A DNA stretch of 64,000 bases, taken from assembly GCF_006345805.1 (NCBI RefSeq), contig NC_043012.1, positions 50,344,001 through 50,408,000 on the forward strand, in the 5' to 3' direction. The notes under the pieces are model-generated. The model did not search any database. It saw nothing but the letters and a program-made list of their open reading frames with translations, and was not told where the DNA came from. This DNA is from Octopus sinensis (taxonomy: Eukaryota). The translations under genes were made by a program, and so were the position numbers. How positions within the stretch are numbered: the first letter of the stretch is position 1; each line of letters opens with the position of its first letter. Positions 38,911-52,230 of the stretch are shown piece after piece.

Positions 38911-39642
38911 ATAGAAAGCTAATATTATGTTGCAACACCGGAAAGTCAATATCTGCTCAAAAGATATGGAAAACGAGAACATTCCAGAGGGCTGATGCGT
39001 TGTGGAGGAAAGACTGAAGAAGAACTGTAAGAGAGCTAGCATCTTAGTTATTAGGAAAAATATTGCATATCGTCTCTGATCAAGTAGAATTGTATAGACT
39101 GGGGTAATCGTCTACTTCATATTCTTTCATCGACGCTAAATTAAAGGCAAATGAAGCTTCAACGTAAATTTAAGTTATAATATAAGGGACCATTTTGTAA
39201 TCAAAACGCGGTGCAAGAAATCTCGGCAGGCGCAGCAAAATGTCCTCTCACTCAGATAATGGGAAATAATTCTCTTCTAAACACTGGTGTATGTTTGACT
39301 ATCTTTCCGTGGGCAAGCAGTTTGCTATTAACATATATCTATTATTCTTGAAGAAGTTTTGCTTTTATCAGTGATGTGGCTGTTATTTCTGGACGGTAGA
39401 GCGACAAGAACATGTTTCATGCTTCTGTTCCCCTTTAATTTTAGTGATGGAAATAGCATAGAAATGATGAACAAGACGTTATTTTTTTAAAACTAAAAAC
39501 TAAATATTACGGACTACTAGAGTCTTGAAGATATATCGCTCTCAAACACAAATTGTATTCCATTGTATTGATCCCCAAAGGGATATTCTATTATGAAAAC
39601 AGAAAAGATCACAGATTGCATGGCTTCCCCAATGGATAACGT

Positions 39643-39943
39643 CGCACTTTTCAAGGCTAGCCAGGCTTATGGGCCCGGTTTCCCGGTTTCTGTGGCGTAT
39701 GTGTCCCCACCCCAGCTGGACGAGACGCCAGTCCATAGCGGCATTACTCAAGAAACAGGAAGAGAGAGTTAGAGAAAGTTGTGGCGAAAGAATACAAAAG
39801 GGGTCGCCACCACCCCCTGCCGGAATCTCGTGGAGCTTTTGGGTGTTTTCGCTCAATGAACACGCACAATGCCCGCCTGGGAATCGAAACCGCGATCCTC
39901 CCACCGGGATTCCGCTGCCCTAACCACTGGTCCATTGCGCCTC
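39643..39943 (-). mobile_element. SINE family C, 11-bp TSD
   Basis: TSD CCAATGGATAA at 39629-39639 and 39947-39957. Confidence 0.9.
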
Positions 39944-40430
39944 ACGCCAATGGATAAGCGGAATCAATTTTAATCTGGGTAAATCAAGAGTGACGTGAAC
40001 TTAAATTGCAGGGAAAAGAATAAAATGCCAGCAAAGAAAAGAGATTTTTGATTTATATTATGTTTATTATAGTTTATAACTGCGTTGTATAATACTTCAC
40101 ATTTGATATTACGTGTGACTAGATTGTTGTTAATAATCTTCTGTCAACATCAATGTCGCTGCCGCTGCTGCTGCTACTACTGCTGCTTAGTGTCCTGGTT
40201 AAGAAATAATACGATCAAAGATTTTCTAACTAGATTCCACTTGTATATATCTATATATCATGAACTGCATTCTTCAATGTGATTTTCATTCTTTTAAAGT
40301 CAGTGCGTTATAACATGAGAAGTATTTAAGTGCTGTTTGAAGCAAGTGCATGGTACTTAATGAGAGTAAACATAGACACACGTTCATCGATACATACGTA
40401 CTTACATACATACATTTTTTTTTCTCTTTT

Positions 40431-40730
40431 CGCCCTTTTCAAGGCTAGCTAGGCTGATGGGCCCATTTTCCCGGTGTCTGTGGCGTGTGTGTTCCCCGCA
40501 GCTGGACGGGACGTCAGTCCATCGCAGCTTTTCTCAAGAAACAGGAAGAGAGAGTGAGAGAAAGTTGTGGCGAAAGAGTACCACAGGGGTCAGCACCGAC
40601 CCCTGCCGGAGGCTCATGGAACTCTTGGGTGTTTTCGCTCAATAAACACACACAACGCCCGGTCTGGGAATCGAAACCGCGATCCTCCGACCGTGAACGC
40701 GCTGCCCTAACCACTGGGCCATTGGGCCTC
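40431..40730 (-). mobile_element. SINE family C
   Basis: Homologous to 39643-39943. Confidence 0.9.
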
Positions 40731-41884
40731 CACATATACATACATACATACATACATACATGTATAAATGCATACATATAAAGACAGAAATACTCACAAT
40801 TACATATATATACATACACGTCTGTACACACACACTCACACACACATACACATATACACACATACCTAATTCTATGCGTGGGTGAATGAGTGTTTGTGCA
40901 TAAACATACACGCTTAGTTTGTCTATACATCGTACGTAGAGATATAACATCCAGTCTGTTTCCCATCCAGTCCTTTCCTCTGTTTTGTGATTCTCATTAT
41001 GTGACAATGTAATTCTCATTACATGCGCGTGTTTGCGCGTGCATGCGTGCTTATGCAGAAGTGTGTATATATTGTGCGTGTGCTAATGATTATTTTTCTG
41101 CACGTCAGTTCCAACTAAGAAAGAAAAAATAAATCCCCGCTCATGTTCTCCTTCCTCTATCTGTCTCTTTGTTTATTAATGTCGCAAAGTTATACAACTC
41201 TCAAGGCGACAATTTCTATATACTCGTGAAGCGATTGCGATGTCTCCCCGTTATATTTACCCTGTTATTATATCTTTAAAATGTAGTTTCAACCCATTAT
41301 ACCTTTCTCCCAACCTACGTCATATAATTACTTCGCTTTACTTCACTTTCTTCACAACAATGACTGCCATGACGTCACCAGAACTGCAAATTTCATGTAT
41401 TACATCGTAAATACAACGCATCTGATTTTCTTTTGTAAATTTCCCTATTCCTGCGTGTTCCTTCCTTCATTCTTTCTCAACTCCCCTGTCTCCCGTTGAT
41501 ATACACAGATTTGATCGCTTTCAATCCTACTTTCCTATTGACACCAAGTGTTTCGAACTGGAGTTGGGTGAGGTTTACATTATCAATCCATCTCTAGCTA
41601 TTGTTTGCTTATTTCACTGTTTATATTATTGTTTCTACTTCTTTACTTATTCGTTTTTGTTTCTTCGGCACATATCGTATTCTTTGGCTTGCATATATTT
41701 ACTTCATTTTGTCATCCATCAAGGTGAACTTTCCTTTGCTCCATAATATAGTTGAAGCAACGACCAAGTGAATAGAACTTATAATGCTTGTGTGGTCTTT
41801 GGTGGCAATTCCTGTGATTAATCTTCTGTCAAATATCGTCTTATTTTGCAATGCATAATACCGTCTTCTGCGTAGCGTTGACAG

Positions 41885-42055
41885 GTTTGAAATGCAGCCA
41901 ACGAACGTCACAAATGACCTCGAAATCTTGGCCTCCCTTACAGCTAACAATTTTGTCCCGTCCTCCGTGCACGTGCTTCAAGAAATGCAAACTCTATTGC
42001 GTGGAAATATTCGAGATACTACATTGAAAGGAAGTGAGACAGAAGTGGATGAAAG
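41885..42055 (+). CDS. Speculative symmetric phase-2 exon (FEMQPTNVTNDLEILASLTANNFVPSSVHVLQEMQTLLRGNIRDTTLKGSETEVDE)
   Basis: In-frame AG acceptors at 41874-41875 and 41883-41884, GTAGGA donor, 171 nt, higher GC than the flanks. Confidence 0.3.
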
Positions 42056-42141
42056 GTAGGAAGAAAGTGAAACTAAACGTAGAAAAAGAAAATGATAGTT
42101 AAGCACTCCACACCCACCGTTCACAGTTAACTCTCAAGCGT

Positions 42142-42239
42142 ATGTATGTATGTATGTATGTATGTATGTATGTATGTTGTATGTATGTATGTATGTATGT
42201 ATGTATGTATGTATGTATGTATGTATGTATGTATGTATG
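42142..42239. repeat. (TATG)n microsatellite
   Basis: Direct reading of the sequence. Confidence 0.95.
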
Positions 42240-42337
42240 AATGCAGTTGTATCTGAGAGCGTGAGTGTGTGAGAATATATGTATATATATATATATATAT
42301 ATATTGTTATATATATGTATATATATATATGTATATA

Positions 42338-42380
<43 letters not shown>

Positions 42381-42703
42381 TATATATATATATATATATA
42401 TCTATATATATATATATATATTATAATATACCGGAGTATATTATAATATATAAATATATATGTATATATATATTATAATATAGTGTAGTATGTGTGTGTA
42501 TCTCTGTCTATGTTTGTGCGTAAGCATTTAAGCATGTATCAATATATATGTATATAGGTATAATATACATAAATGTGTGTATATTTTGATGTGAATTGAT
42601 AAACGGTTTCGTGTGAGTGTGTAGGGTAACTGTGTGGGGAGAGTGTTGGGGGTGTGGATGTATATGCTTGAGTATACAGAGAAGTATACAGTAAAAGTTG
42701 AAA

Positions 42704-42736
<33 letters not shown>

Positions 42737-43202
42737 AAAGAACCAAAGATGAGAAGGAGAGAGAGAAATGAATATATGATAGACTAAATGAATAAATAAA
42801 TGAATGAACAAGAGGTAGTGAGAGAGGAAGACATTGTATTTGACAGATAAGATAAAAAAGAGATATTAAAACACGATACAATATCGTAGATTGGTGGGAA
42901 GGATAAAAGGAAGAGAAAGCTGATGAAAGCAGCAATCAGACAAACAGTTATGGGTGTGGGGGGCGGTGATATTTATATAGATAGATTTATATTTTATAAA
43001 GAGATATCCATATACTGAATATCTTAGGTGATATTGAATCTTTTCGTATGAATAACTTGTTTTCTCCCTTCTTACGTACTTCTGTATGTTTATATCAATA
43101 TCCATACCATTATATCGATATTAATCATGGACATCCATATACATACATACAAACACACACACGCGCATATAAATATATAAAACATACGTACACATAATAC
43201 AA

Positions 43203-43249
<47 letters not shown>

Positions 43250-43287
43250 ATATATATATACACATGTATATACATACACACACACAC

Positions 43288-43323
<36 letters not shown>

Positions 43324-44007
43324 CCTTTGTTTATTGTAACTATATATATTTTCGATCATTTTTCTTTCATTCTGTTTATTCTTTTACTTTCGCATCTCTA
43401 TCCATTTTTGTATCTATCTATATATCTATCTGTTTATCGATCTATCTATTTATCTATTTATCTGTCTGTTTCTCTGTCTACCTATTTATCAACATATCTA
43501 CCTACATACCTATATACCTACCTACGTATATATTTGTCCTTTCGTCTGTCTCCTTTTTCCGACCACATTTCCATCTCGCCGTCTGATCCCTCTTTCGAAC
43601 TATCTATCCAACTACCTAACTATTCATCTATCCACCAATCTACAAAACTATCCATTTTACCGTCTATCCCTATATCTGTTCAGGTATCGATAGATTGAAC
43701 GATGTAACTATCAACTTATCTATATCAGTGTATCCGTCTAACCGTCTGTCTCTGTATCTCTCTGCCTCTCTCCGCCCTTTCCACTTCATATTGATAAATA
43801 ACTAGATAGATGGAGACATAGAAAAGGTAGAGTGATACGTAAAACAATTAATCAGGCATCTCGACTACTCATTCAACGATATATTCTCTTTTTAAATATG
43901 TATGGAGTGAAAAGAAGCAGTAATGCAATGATACATATTGAAAATATAGATTTAATATTCTTCTCATTCATCTATATGTTCTGTAATTATGTATATATAT
44001 ATATATA

Positions 44008-44038
<31 letters not shown>

Positions 44039-44048
44039 TATATATATA

Positions 44049-44112
<64 letters not shown>

Positions 44113-44282
44113 ATATATATATATGTACGTATGTTCATGAATGTATATCTATATGTATATATGAGAAATAAAGGTAATATATATATATATCGGTGAAAGG
44201 ATGTGGGTGTAGTTAAGTCAAGTCGCGGGCTTTGCAACTAACCGCGCAGGTTTTTCCGTAGTTAACATAAAAGCGTCAAAAT

Positions 44283-44352
44283 AGGGCAGCGAGCTGCCAG
44301 AAGCGCTAGCATGTCGGGCGAAATGCTTAGCGTTATTTCGTCTACCGCTACA
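44283..44352 (+). mobile_element. SINE family B head fragment
   Basis: GGCAGCGAGCTGCCAGAAGCGCTAGCATGTCGGGCGAAATGCTTAGCG matches the family B 5' end. Confidence 0.7.
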
Positions 44353-44546
44353 TACATATATATATAAATTTATTTACATATGCATATATACATATGTATA
44401 AATATAATTAAACGATAAAATTATTAAAAAGAAGCCATGTACGTCTAACCTGTATATATTGAGGTGGATCTTGTAGTGGATGGACTATTTGCTGTCTTTT
44501 TCGGCACATAGGCATAGCGGCTTCGTTACCCTTAATTATAATTATA

Positions 44547-44615
<69 letters not shown>

Positions 44616-45722
44616 GTTATATATATATATATATACATACATACATGCATACATCCATATATACATGCATTTTTATGCATTGAATCGACAAGTCTATCGT
44701 ATAGCGTTATACACCACGTCTTCTTAATGTTGTAACTTTCAAAGCATGCCACCTTCCTGGTACTCAAAAAGGATTAATATTCCAAGATGTGATAAATGCC
44801 AGGAGCCTATATTTTTCATAAATGCTTGAAAGATATTGTACAAAAATATTGTTTGGTTTTAAACAATTATTTGGCATATTCCTCATTTCAGCTATGCCTC
44901 TAAAGAACTTTAGTCTCGCATCTAAGTCTTCGCATATCTAAAGAATTTGTCATGAGGATCTGCTTAAATATTTGATAGACTTCCCGAGCAAATATTTTTC
45001 TTATTAATGCTGATTATTCTATAGTCAAAACAGAGCATGCAAGCCTTATAATGAAAAGCTATCCAAAATTTCACCATGTATATCGTGTAAATTGACAAGC
45101 TGCTTCTCGAATTACGCTACCCAACGTGTCACACTTTCAAACGGCGAGATTTAATTTGAGGAATGATTTGCAGCTACATCGATCAAATTTGGTCTCCAAA
45201 TAGAAATACTCACTTGGTTTCGATTACGGTAATATTTGATAATCAGATTTAAATATCATCAGGCAATTAGTATTATAGATAACCGAGGATCTCGAACAAT
45301 GAAAATGGGTAGGGAGCGAAGTTAACTGCATGTTTTTATTTTCTCAATAATATTGTCTAAATAAAAGGATTATATAATGATAGATCCAATATAACATTAA
45401 AGGATCGTGAATAATTCATGTTAATATCAACAGTTACAGCCAGACTGCTCAATTGTCTGCCTGTATTTTTATTGATCAATATATTTTGTAATATGAATTT
45501 TCTTTTTGAATGATCTATCACATACAGCAAACTTCCGTATAAAGCGATGGATTCACCATGTGAAAGAAAGTGATCTTTCTTTAATGCAGGTTTCATCAGA
45601 GCCGAGTTTTGGTAGTTTTCTATAGCTAGGAGGATATACTGATAGTTTCCTTAATTCAGCTCAGCGTTCCCTGCAAAGATACTGACACTTTCAAATGCGC
45701 ATCCCACCGCCTTGGTATACCT

Positions 45723-45954
45723 ATTTCTTTACTATCCACAAGGGGCTACACACTGAAGGGACAAACAAGGACAAACAAACGGATTAAGTCGATTACATCG
45801 ACCTCAGTGCGTAACTGGTACTTATTTAATCGACCCTGAAAGGATGAAAGGCAAAGTCGACCTCGGCGGAATTTGAACTCAGAACGTAACGCCAGAAGAA
45901 ATACGGCTACGCATTTCGCCCGGCGTGCTAACGTTTCTGCCAGCTCGCCGCCTT
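45723..45954 (-). mobile_element. SINE family B, full length, 16-bp TSD (one mismatch)
   Basis: CCGCCTTGGTATACCT at 45707-45722 and CCGCTTTGGTATACCT at 45955-45970. Confidence 0.92.
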
Positions 45955-46281
45955 CCGCTTTGGTATACCTTTAATGACTGATAATCTTCGCCTGCAATGT
46001 GGATTAATAATGCTGATGCTAAGCATGAAAGATACTATGGCGGTGGTTCACACAACAAGCGCCTCTACTACGATGAATTACCGACATTTCCGTATTCTCC
46101 TCGCTTTTGATAATACGTAGTTGTTTTAGCACAGGAAATAACACGTAGAGTTCTTCCGTCACTTATAAGGCGGTCTTTTCCTTTGCAGTTGTTTTTAAAG
46201 TGGTGGTGAGGGGGACATAACAAAAATTGTTGGGGAATATGAACTGGGATGCATAGATCTCGAAGTATGTACAAAAGACCT

Positions 46282-46573
46282 GTGCATTATTTACATTAAT
46301 TACATTTGACGGATATTTGTCCGCATCTTGTTTGTTGTTAGCACAACTTTTCGGCTGATATACCCTCCAGCCTTCATTAGGTGTCTTGGAATATTCTAAA
46401 CTCTATTCTCATTCCTAAGATATTTTTCGATGTTGTTGTTGTTATTATTATTATTCGGGTCACTCAGAATCTTGTGGTTAGTAGCCCGTGGTCTTAACTA
46501 CTACGCTATATGACAGTGGGCAATTTGGAGTGAATTTTCGGGGCTTAAAAAGCTAAAATTTTCCTATCCTTCC
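46282..46573 (-). mobile_element. PLE 3' module copy (family A), minus strand, hammerhead core mutated
   Basis: Minus strand reads GAAGGATAGGAAAATTTTAG (ORF-end remnant), tRNA-like head, (TAA/CAA)n, GACAC-CTAATGA-A-GGCTG..CAGCC-GAAAA-GTT-GTGCT. Confidence 0.85.
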
Positions 46574-46620
46574 GAGTTCCATTCCAGGCTGTGACCTGAT
46601 TAATAATAATAATAATAATA

Positions 46621-46659
<39 letters not shown>

Positions 46660-46863
46660 TAATAATAATAATAATAACAACAACAACATCGAAAAATACC
46701 TTAGGAATGAGGACCCGGGTTTGAAATTTCTTTAAGACAACTGATGAAGGCTTGTGGGTATATCAGCCGAAACGTTGTGTCAACCAGAAAGAAGATGAGG
46801 GCAAATGTCCATCAAATGTAAATAATGTAAATACTGTGCATAATGCCTCTTCTCTTAAATATA
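46570..46863 (+). mobile_element. PLE 3' module copy (family A), plus strand, starting in the B box
   Basis: TTCCGAGTTCCATTCCAGGCTGTGACCTG, (TAA)n(CAA)n, intact hammerhead core. Confidence 0.85.
46736..46781 (+). ncRNA. Minimal type I hammerhead ribozyme, best-preserved core in the window
   Basis: GACAA-CTGATGA-A-GGCT-[loop]-AGCC-GAAAC-GTT-GTGTC: intact core, 4-bp stem II, 4-bp stem I with a mismatch next to the core. Confidence 0.7.
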
Positions 46864-49800
46864 AAAAAAACCTGGTGTTTCTCATCATCATTTGCAATGA
46901 ATAATAAGCAGATTTACAATTTGATTTTATAAATGATTGAAGAATTCTACCTGAAATATAAACATGATTAGCAACCTGCTGCAAAGAGAATATCTTGCAG
47001 ATACCTGTTGCATTTCGTAACTGTTTAACAAGTTTTATTTACCCATCCAGTGTAAGATATACAGCAGAATATTTCCCTCTGTATTAGAGATATATAGAGA
47101 GATTTCTGTATGAGTATAATTGATCGGCCTCGTGTATTTATTTACATTATTTACCCCACTCAAATCTAAATCACTCTTGTAGGCGCAAACACAAGCGTAC
47201 GATTCAAACAATGCATCGCATTGATGGTTAGAACTCGCTGCACAAAATGCTTAGTGGATATGATCAAATGTAGCCTGGTATTGAATTAATACTTCTGAGT
47301 GGAATTTACTAGAAGTGAAACCTGTATGGATATCCGTCTCAAGTAACTAAATGAGCGCAGCTGAGTTTGTGAGCGTACAAATATTGTATTTGTTAATATC
47401 ATATTATATCGTGGTAAACCGATATCGAATATGCGTCCATTCACCTTAAATATATCGCTGCGTCATTTGATAAACCGATACTTAAAAATTACGTGATATA
47501 ACTGCTATATGAACGACTAAAACCTGTAGCGATACATTCACAAGGGTAGAGAAAATAATAAAAGCAGTGTTTTAAGGTTGACCAGAGAATTTCCTTTAAG
47601 CTTATGAGCATGTTTCTGTAATAAAATATATTTCTATGAAATATGCATTTATACATGTTCATATATTTAGTCAGAGACATACACGCACGTATAAAACACA
47701 TGGAACGAAGAGAAGGGAAAAAAACTTGTCTATACAACTTAGCATACGTGCCTTTCACTGAAATTTAACTTTCACACAATCTTCGACTCTAAAAATTAAA
47801 TAACCACCCCTGCCAGAAAATAAGCGCATTTTAAATCAAAATTTAAGAAGCGCATGCGCCGACTGGACAATACAAAGCATATACTATTGCATTTTAACAA
47901 CAGAAAAAACAGATCTTTAGATTCTATTCTCCTTTATTATTCCAGCTTGCAAAATGATACCGTTGTACTCATGCAAATGACTCTATTTCATTTTCTAGAA
48001 ATACACTTCCACTTTCAAAGTCAAATGTAATCAGTATTTATGTAAATAGTGCGAACACGTTCTGATACTACAATATGGAATTTAAATTTTAATCAGGGAG
48101 CTGACCTTCTTCAAACAACAACAATATCCCTCGATTAAATTCAGAAGTATTTAGTTATAAAATTTCCCCTCCATTTGCTCGTGGTAGATCTTATTTCTCT
48201 AGTTCTAGATTATTAAATATGCATAATATATTGAGATGTATATTATAATCAATGAAATACCAGGCACACCAACGGGATACAAAGAACTGGGGCGAAGTCA
48301 GACCATATTAGTTTTTTCAAATTTATTTTTGAGTTCAATTGTGCTTCAGAAGCAATCTCATTTGCACCAAACAGGATTACAACATAACAAGTGGTTAGTG
48401 ATATCTCAGGGAGAATTTAAAATCAAAATACAAAGAATTGGAGAATATAACACACCAGCCATTTCCTGTTCTGTTTTTTTTTTTTTAAATTATTTGTTAC
48501 CCCTGAAAGAAATAATGATAAAGTTGACCTCGGCAAGTCAATCGTTCACCATATAGATTTGTTTGGCTACTTTTCGAAGAAAATGCGGGAGTTAACAATT
48601 CAATCTAAGAAATGTGCCAGTAGACTTTATAAAAATTTAGCTTGATTCAAGCGAATTAAATGCATGTATTCTAACACTGAATGCACATATCAGTACATCA
48701 CTACCATATCCTGTAAAATTTACAGCTATTATTCACTATACTTGATTATAAAAAAGAGTCTATTTTTGAAGACTCTTAATCAGAGGTATCCATCAAATGA
48801 ATCATTAGCTGTAGTAATGTACTGGGAAGATAAAAACTAGATATATTGTAATATTCATGAATTTCATAAGAGCATTAAACAAAGAAAGTGTAAGTCTATA
48901 ACTAAAAGCATGAATTAAGACATTCTGTACGTCGATTGTCATCAATACAATACAAAGGAAAAATAATTGATATCGTCGTGGTTGTAACTTGGATGGAGAT
49001 TAACTAAAATTTCAGATAGCATGAATTAAGTATATCTAGTGTCACATTTCGCGTGATTCCTAACGGAATATGGCGTATATTCTCGTCTATATTCTCTAAT
49101 TGACTTCATCCACTTGAAACAGTTAACCACGTTAACTGAAAAAGGATTCACACAAATGCTTTTATGTTTGAAAATTCTCTCAGTTTTCTCAGCGGTCAGT
49201 ACAACCCTAACACATGCAATGTTCAAACATTTATGTACGTAAATATTTTATTACTTATAGACAAATACTTCTTGTTCATGATAATAATAGCATATAGCCA
49301 ATTTAATGTTCAATCTGAAAGTCTTTGAACATTTCATATCTAATCAATATGTCTGGTATAAGTTATAAAGGGAACCTGCACGTGAATTATGTTCCCAGAA
49401 GTCACTGTACAAATATCAAACAATTGGTGTTTCATATTGAAAAAAGAAAAAAAAATGCATATGTGGTGTTAAAGTTGTATTTATTTACTTTTTATTACGA
49501 ATGCTATAATAGATTACATATGATATGAAGAGGATAATTTACAACTTACCTGTAACAGAGAAATCACAGTCATTTTCCTCCAGAGCCAAAACCACATGAA
49601 TATATTTGAAAGAAAGTTAATATTTATATTACTATTTTATATTACTATTCATGGTTCGGCTTATATTCCCGTGGTTTTACTAAATTGATACAAGTAGCCA
49701 CTTCTGAGTGAACGCAACAGACGTTTTGCTGTTAAATTACTATGTACATCACTTAATTAATATGATCATACAGAAATAGAACAATGTATACAAGTACATA

Positions 49801-49926
49801 TGTATGCGTGTGTTTGCGAGTGGGAGAGAGAGAGAGATAGAGAGAGAGAGAAAGTAAGTAAAACTGTAAGAGCTCGTCTATGTGTATATACATACACACA
49901 CACACATACATATATATATATGTATA

Positions 49927-50026
<100 letters not shown>

Positions 50027-51261
50027 GTACATATATTCATTCATATCTATATATATTATGAATTTGTATTTCTATCTTCAATTTTTTTCCTCGCTAACAT
50101 TGATTCCCACTTTCTCTTTCTGTATAAACGTTTGTCTTTGTGCGTAGACAATTGGTGAGAGTTTTGTTTCTCGTGTGTATTTGTGTAATATAAAACTTCA
50201 GTTAATAAAAATGCATAATTTCCAATCAATTAATCCCAGAATACAACGTGTAAAAACTGCTGTCCTGAATCCTCTCCGACAGAAAATGAGGGAAATCAAT
50301 GCTTTATTATTTAATCGGTGGCGAGATTAAATGATCAAAGCAATAGTTTTTTATTCAATTACTTGAAACAAAATTTATTGAACTCTCACAAGATGCCAAA
50401 TTAGAAGAAATACGTTTTATATGACTAGCATTTTAAAAATGCGTCTTGTCGTTGAGATGACGTTTAGTAATAAATTTAAATTTTAAAAAAACATCCTAAA
50501 TTACCTGTCATAAATTATGACTGAATGATAATGCGCACTGTCAAAATGTATTTGGGCTCTGAGTTTTAAAATGTAATTGTGGAGTGTAGCATATTTTTAA
50601 CATACAATGTATTTTTGACCGTTTTGCATAGCGCAATAAGAAGCATATTTCTATAAACAACTTGAGTATGGATTGTAAGTGTTGTTATATAATTATTACG
50701 TTTTTATCTCTTCATACTCGTGTTTCTTGCGGCACATTACGATAGCACAGGATGTAATTTCATCCCGAAGAAAATACAAATATATTCATTGTCGTTTCAG
50801 GTAGAGAATAAGTGAAGATGACAGGTCAAAGTGACATTATGATTTCTAACGCTATCATGAAACAGAATTTTCTTACGAATCAAATCGTTTGGTTTCCTTC
50901 TATAATACTGTAGACAGAATGAATCTACTAAAATATTCCTCATGAACAGAGAACTGAATCTGAAACTAAAGCCGTAGATTGAAACCAGAGGGGAAAATGC
51001 TATACCAAAAATAAACGCGTGACCATTTGGGACAGAAATACTTACTTCCTGATATAAAAGAAAACAAATGATGAAGTGTAAGGAAATGGTATATATACTT
51101 TAAAATTCACAGAATAACTATAAAATTCTTAACAGTCTGAAACACATAGATATTTTCATCAGATTAAAGGAGTTTATTTTCGCTACGCACATCCTATTTG
51201 AAATAATTTGATGCAACATTTCCGTCATATTCCTGTATCTCTCTAATGCTCTTTCTCTCTT

Positions 51262-51295
<34 letters not shown>

Positions 51296-51873
51296 ACACA
51301 CACACACTCACACACTTTTACACTCTCATTCATGCTAACCTATCACTTAGTTTTTCTAAATATCATAAGAATATTTGTATTAACCACTTCGTGAGCAGTT
51401 ATATTTACATCTAAAGCAAAAAATATTGAACAAAGTGTATGCAGCATTTCATATTTTATAATCTTGATTCTAAATCTTTTTAATGGATCTTGCAGGAATT
51501 ACTCAATAGATTATGTTTGGAGTAACCGCATATTCGAAAAAATTAGCATTCAGTCCCTTCATACCCCATGCATTAAATATAACATCACTAATTTAAACAG
51601 TCTTTTACATGGGGTTGACTTGTCTGAGTTATTCATTCTTTAACCAGCGGTTTCTCTACATTCATTCTACAAACATGTAAAAAAATTCTAATTATAAGCC
51701 CATGAAAACTTTAGCATATATTGTGAAATGACAATGATATAAGGGTGAAAAGTATACGTGTTGCTGTCGTAATTGAAAATTTTGAAACTATAGTTGACTT
51801 TTTTTTCTTATAGGATAATTATTGCTCGCTAAAATTTTAATGCTTCCTGTATATCTTTAGTGCTGATTAAGAC

Positions 51874-51967
<94 letters not shown>

Positions 51968-52157
51968 ATATGCTTTTGTTGAATTTTCTGCTGCTTTAAA
52001 TAAAGTATATATTTGTATATATATATATATATTATATATATATATATAAATATATATATGTATATATATATATATATAATATATATATATATATAAATAT
52101 ATATATGTATATACATACATACATATATATATACATATATATAATTATATATGTATA

Positions 52158-52230
<73 letters not shown>

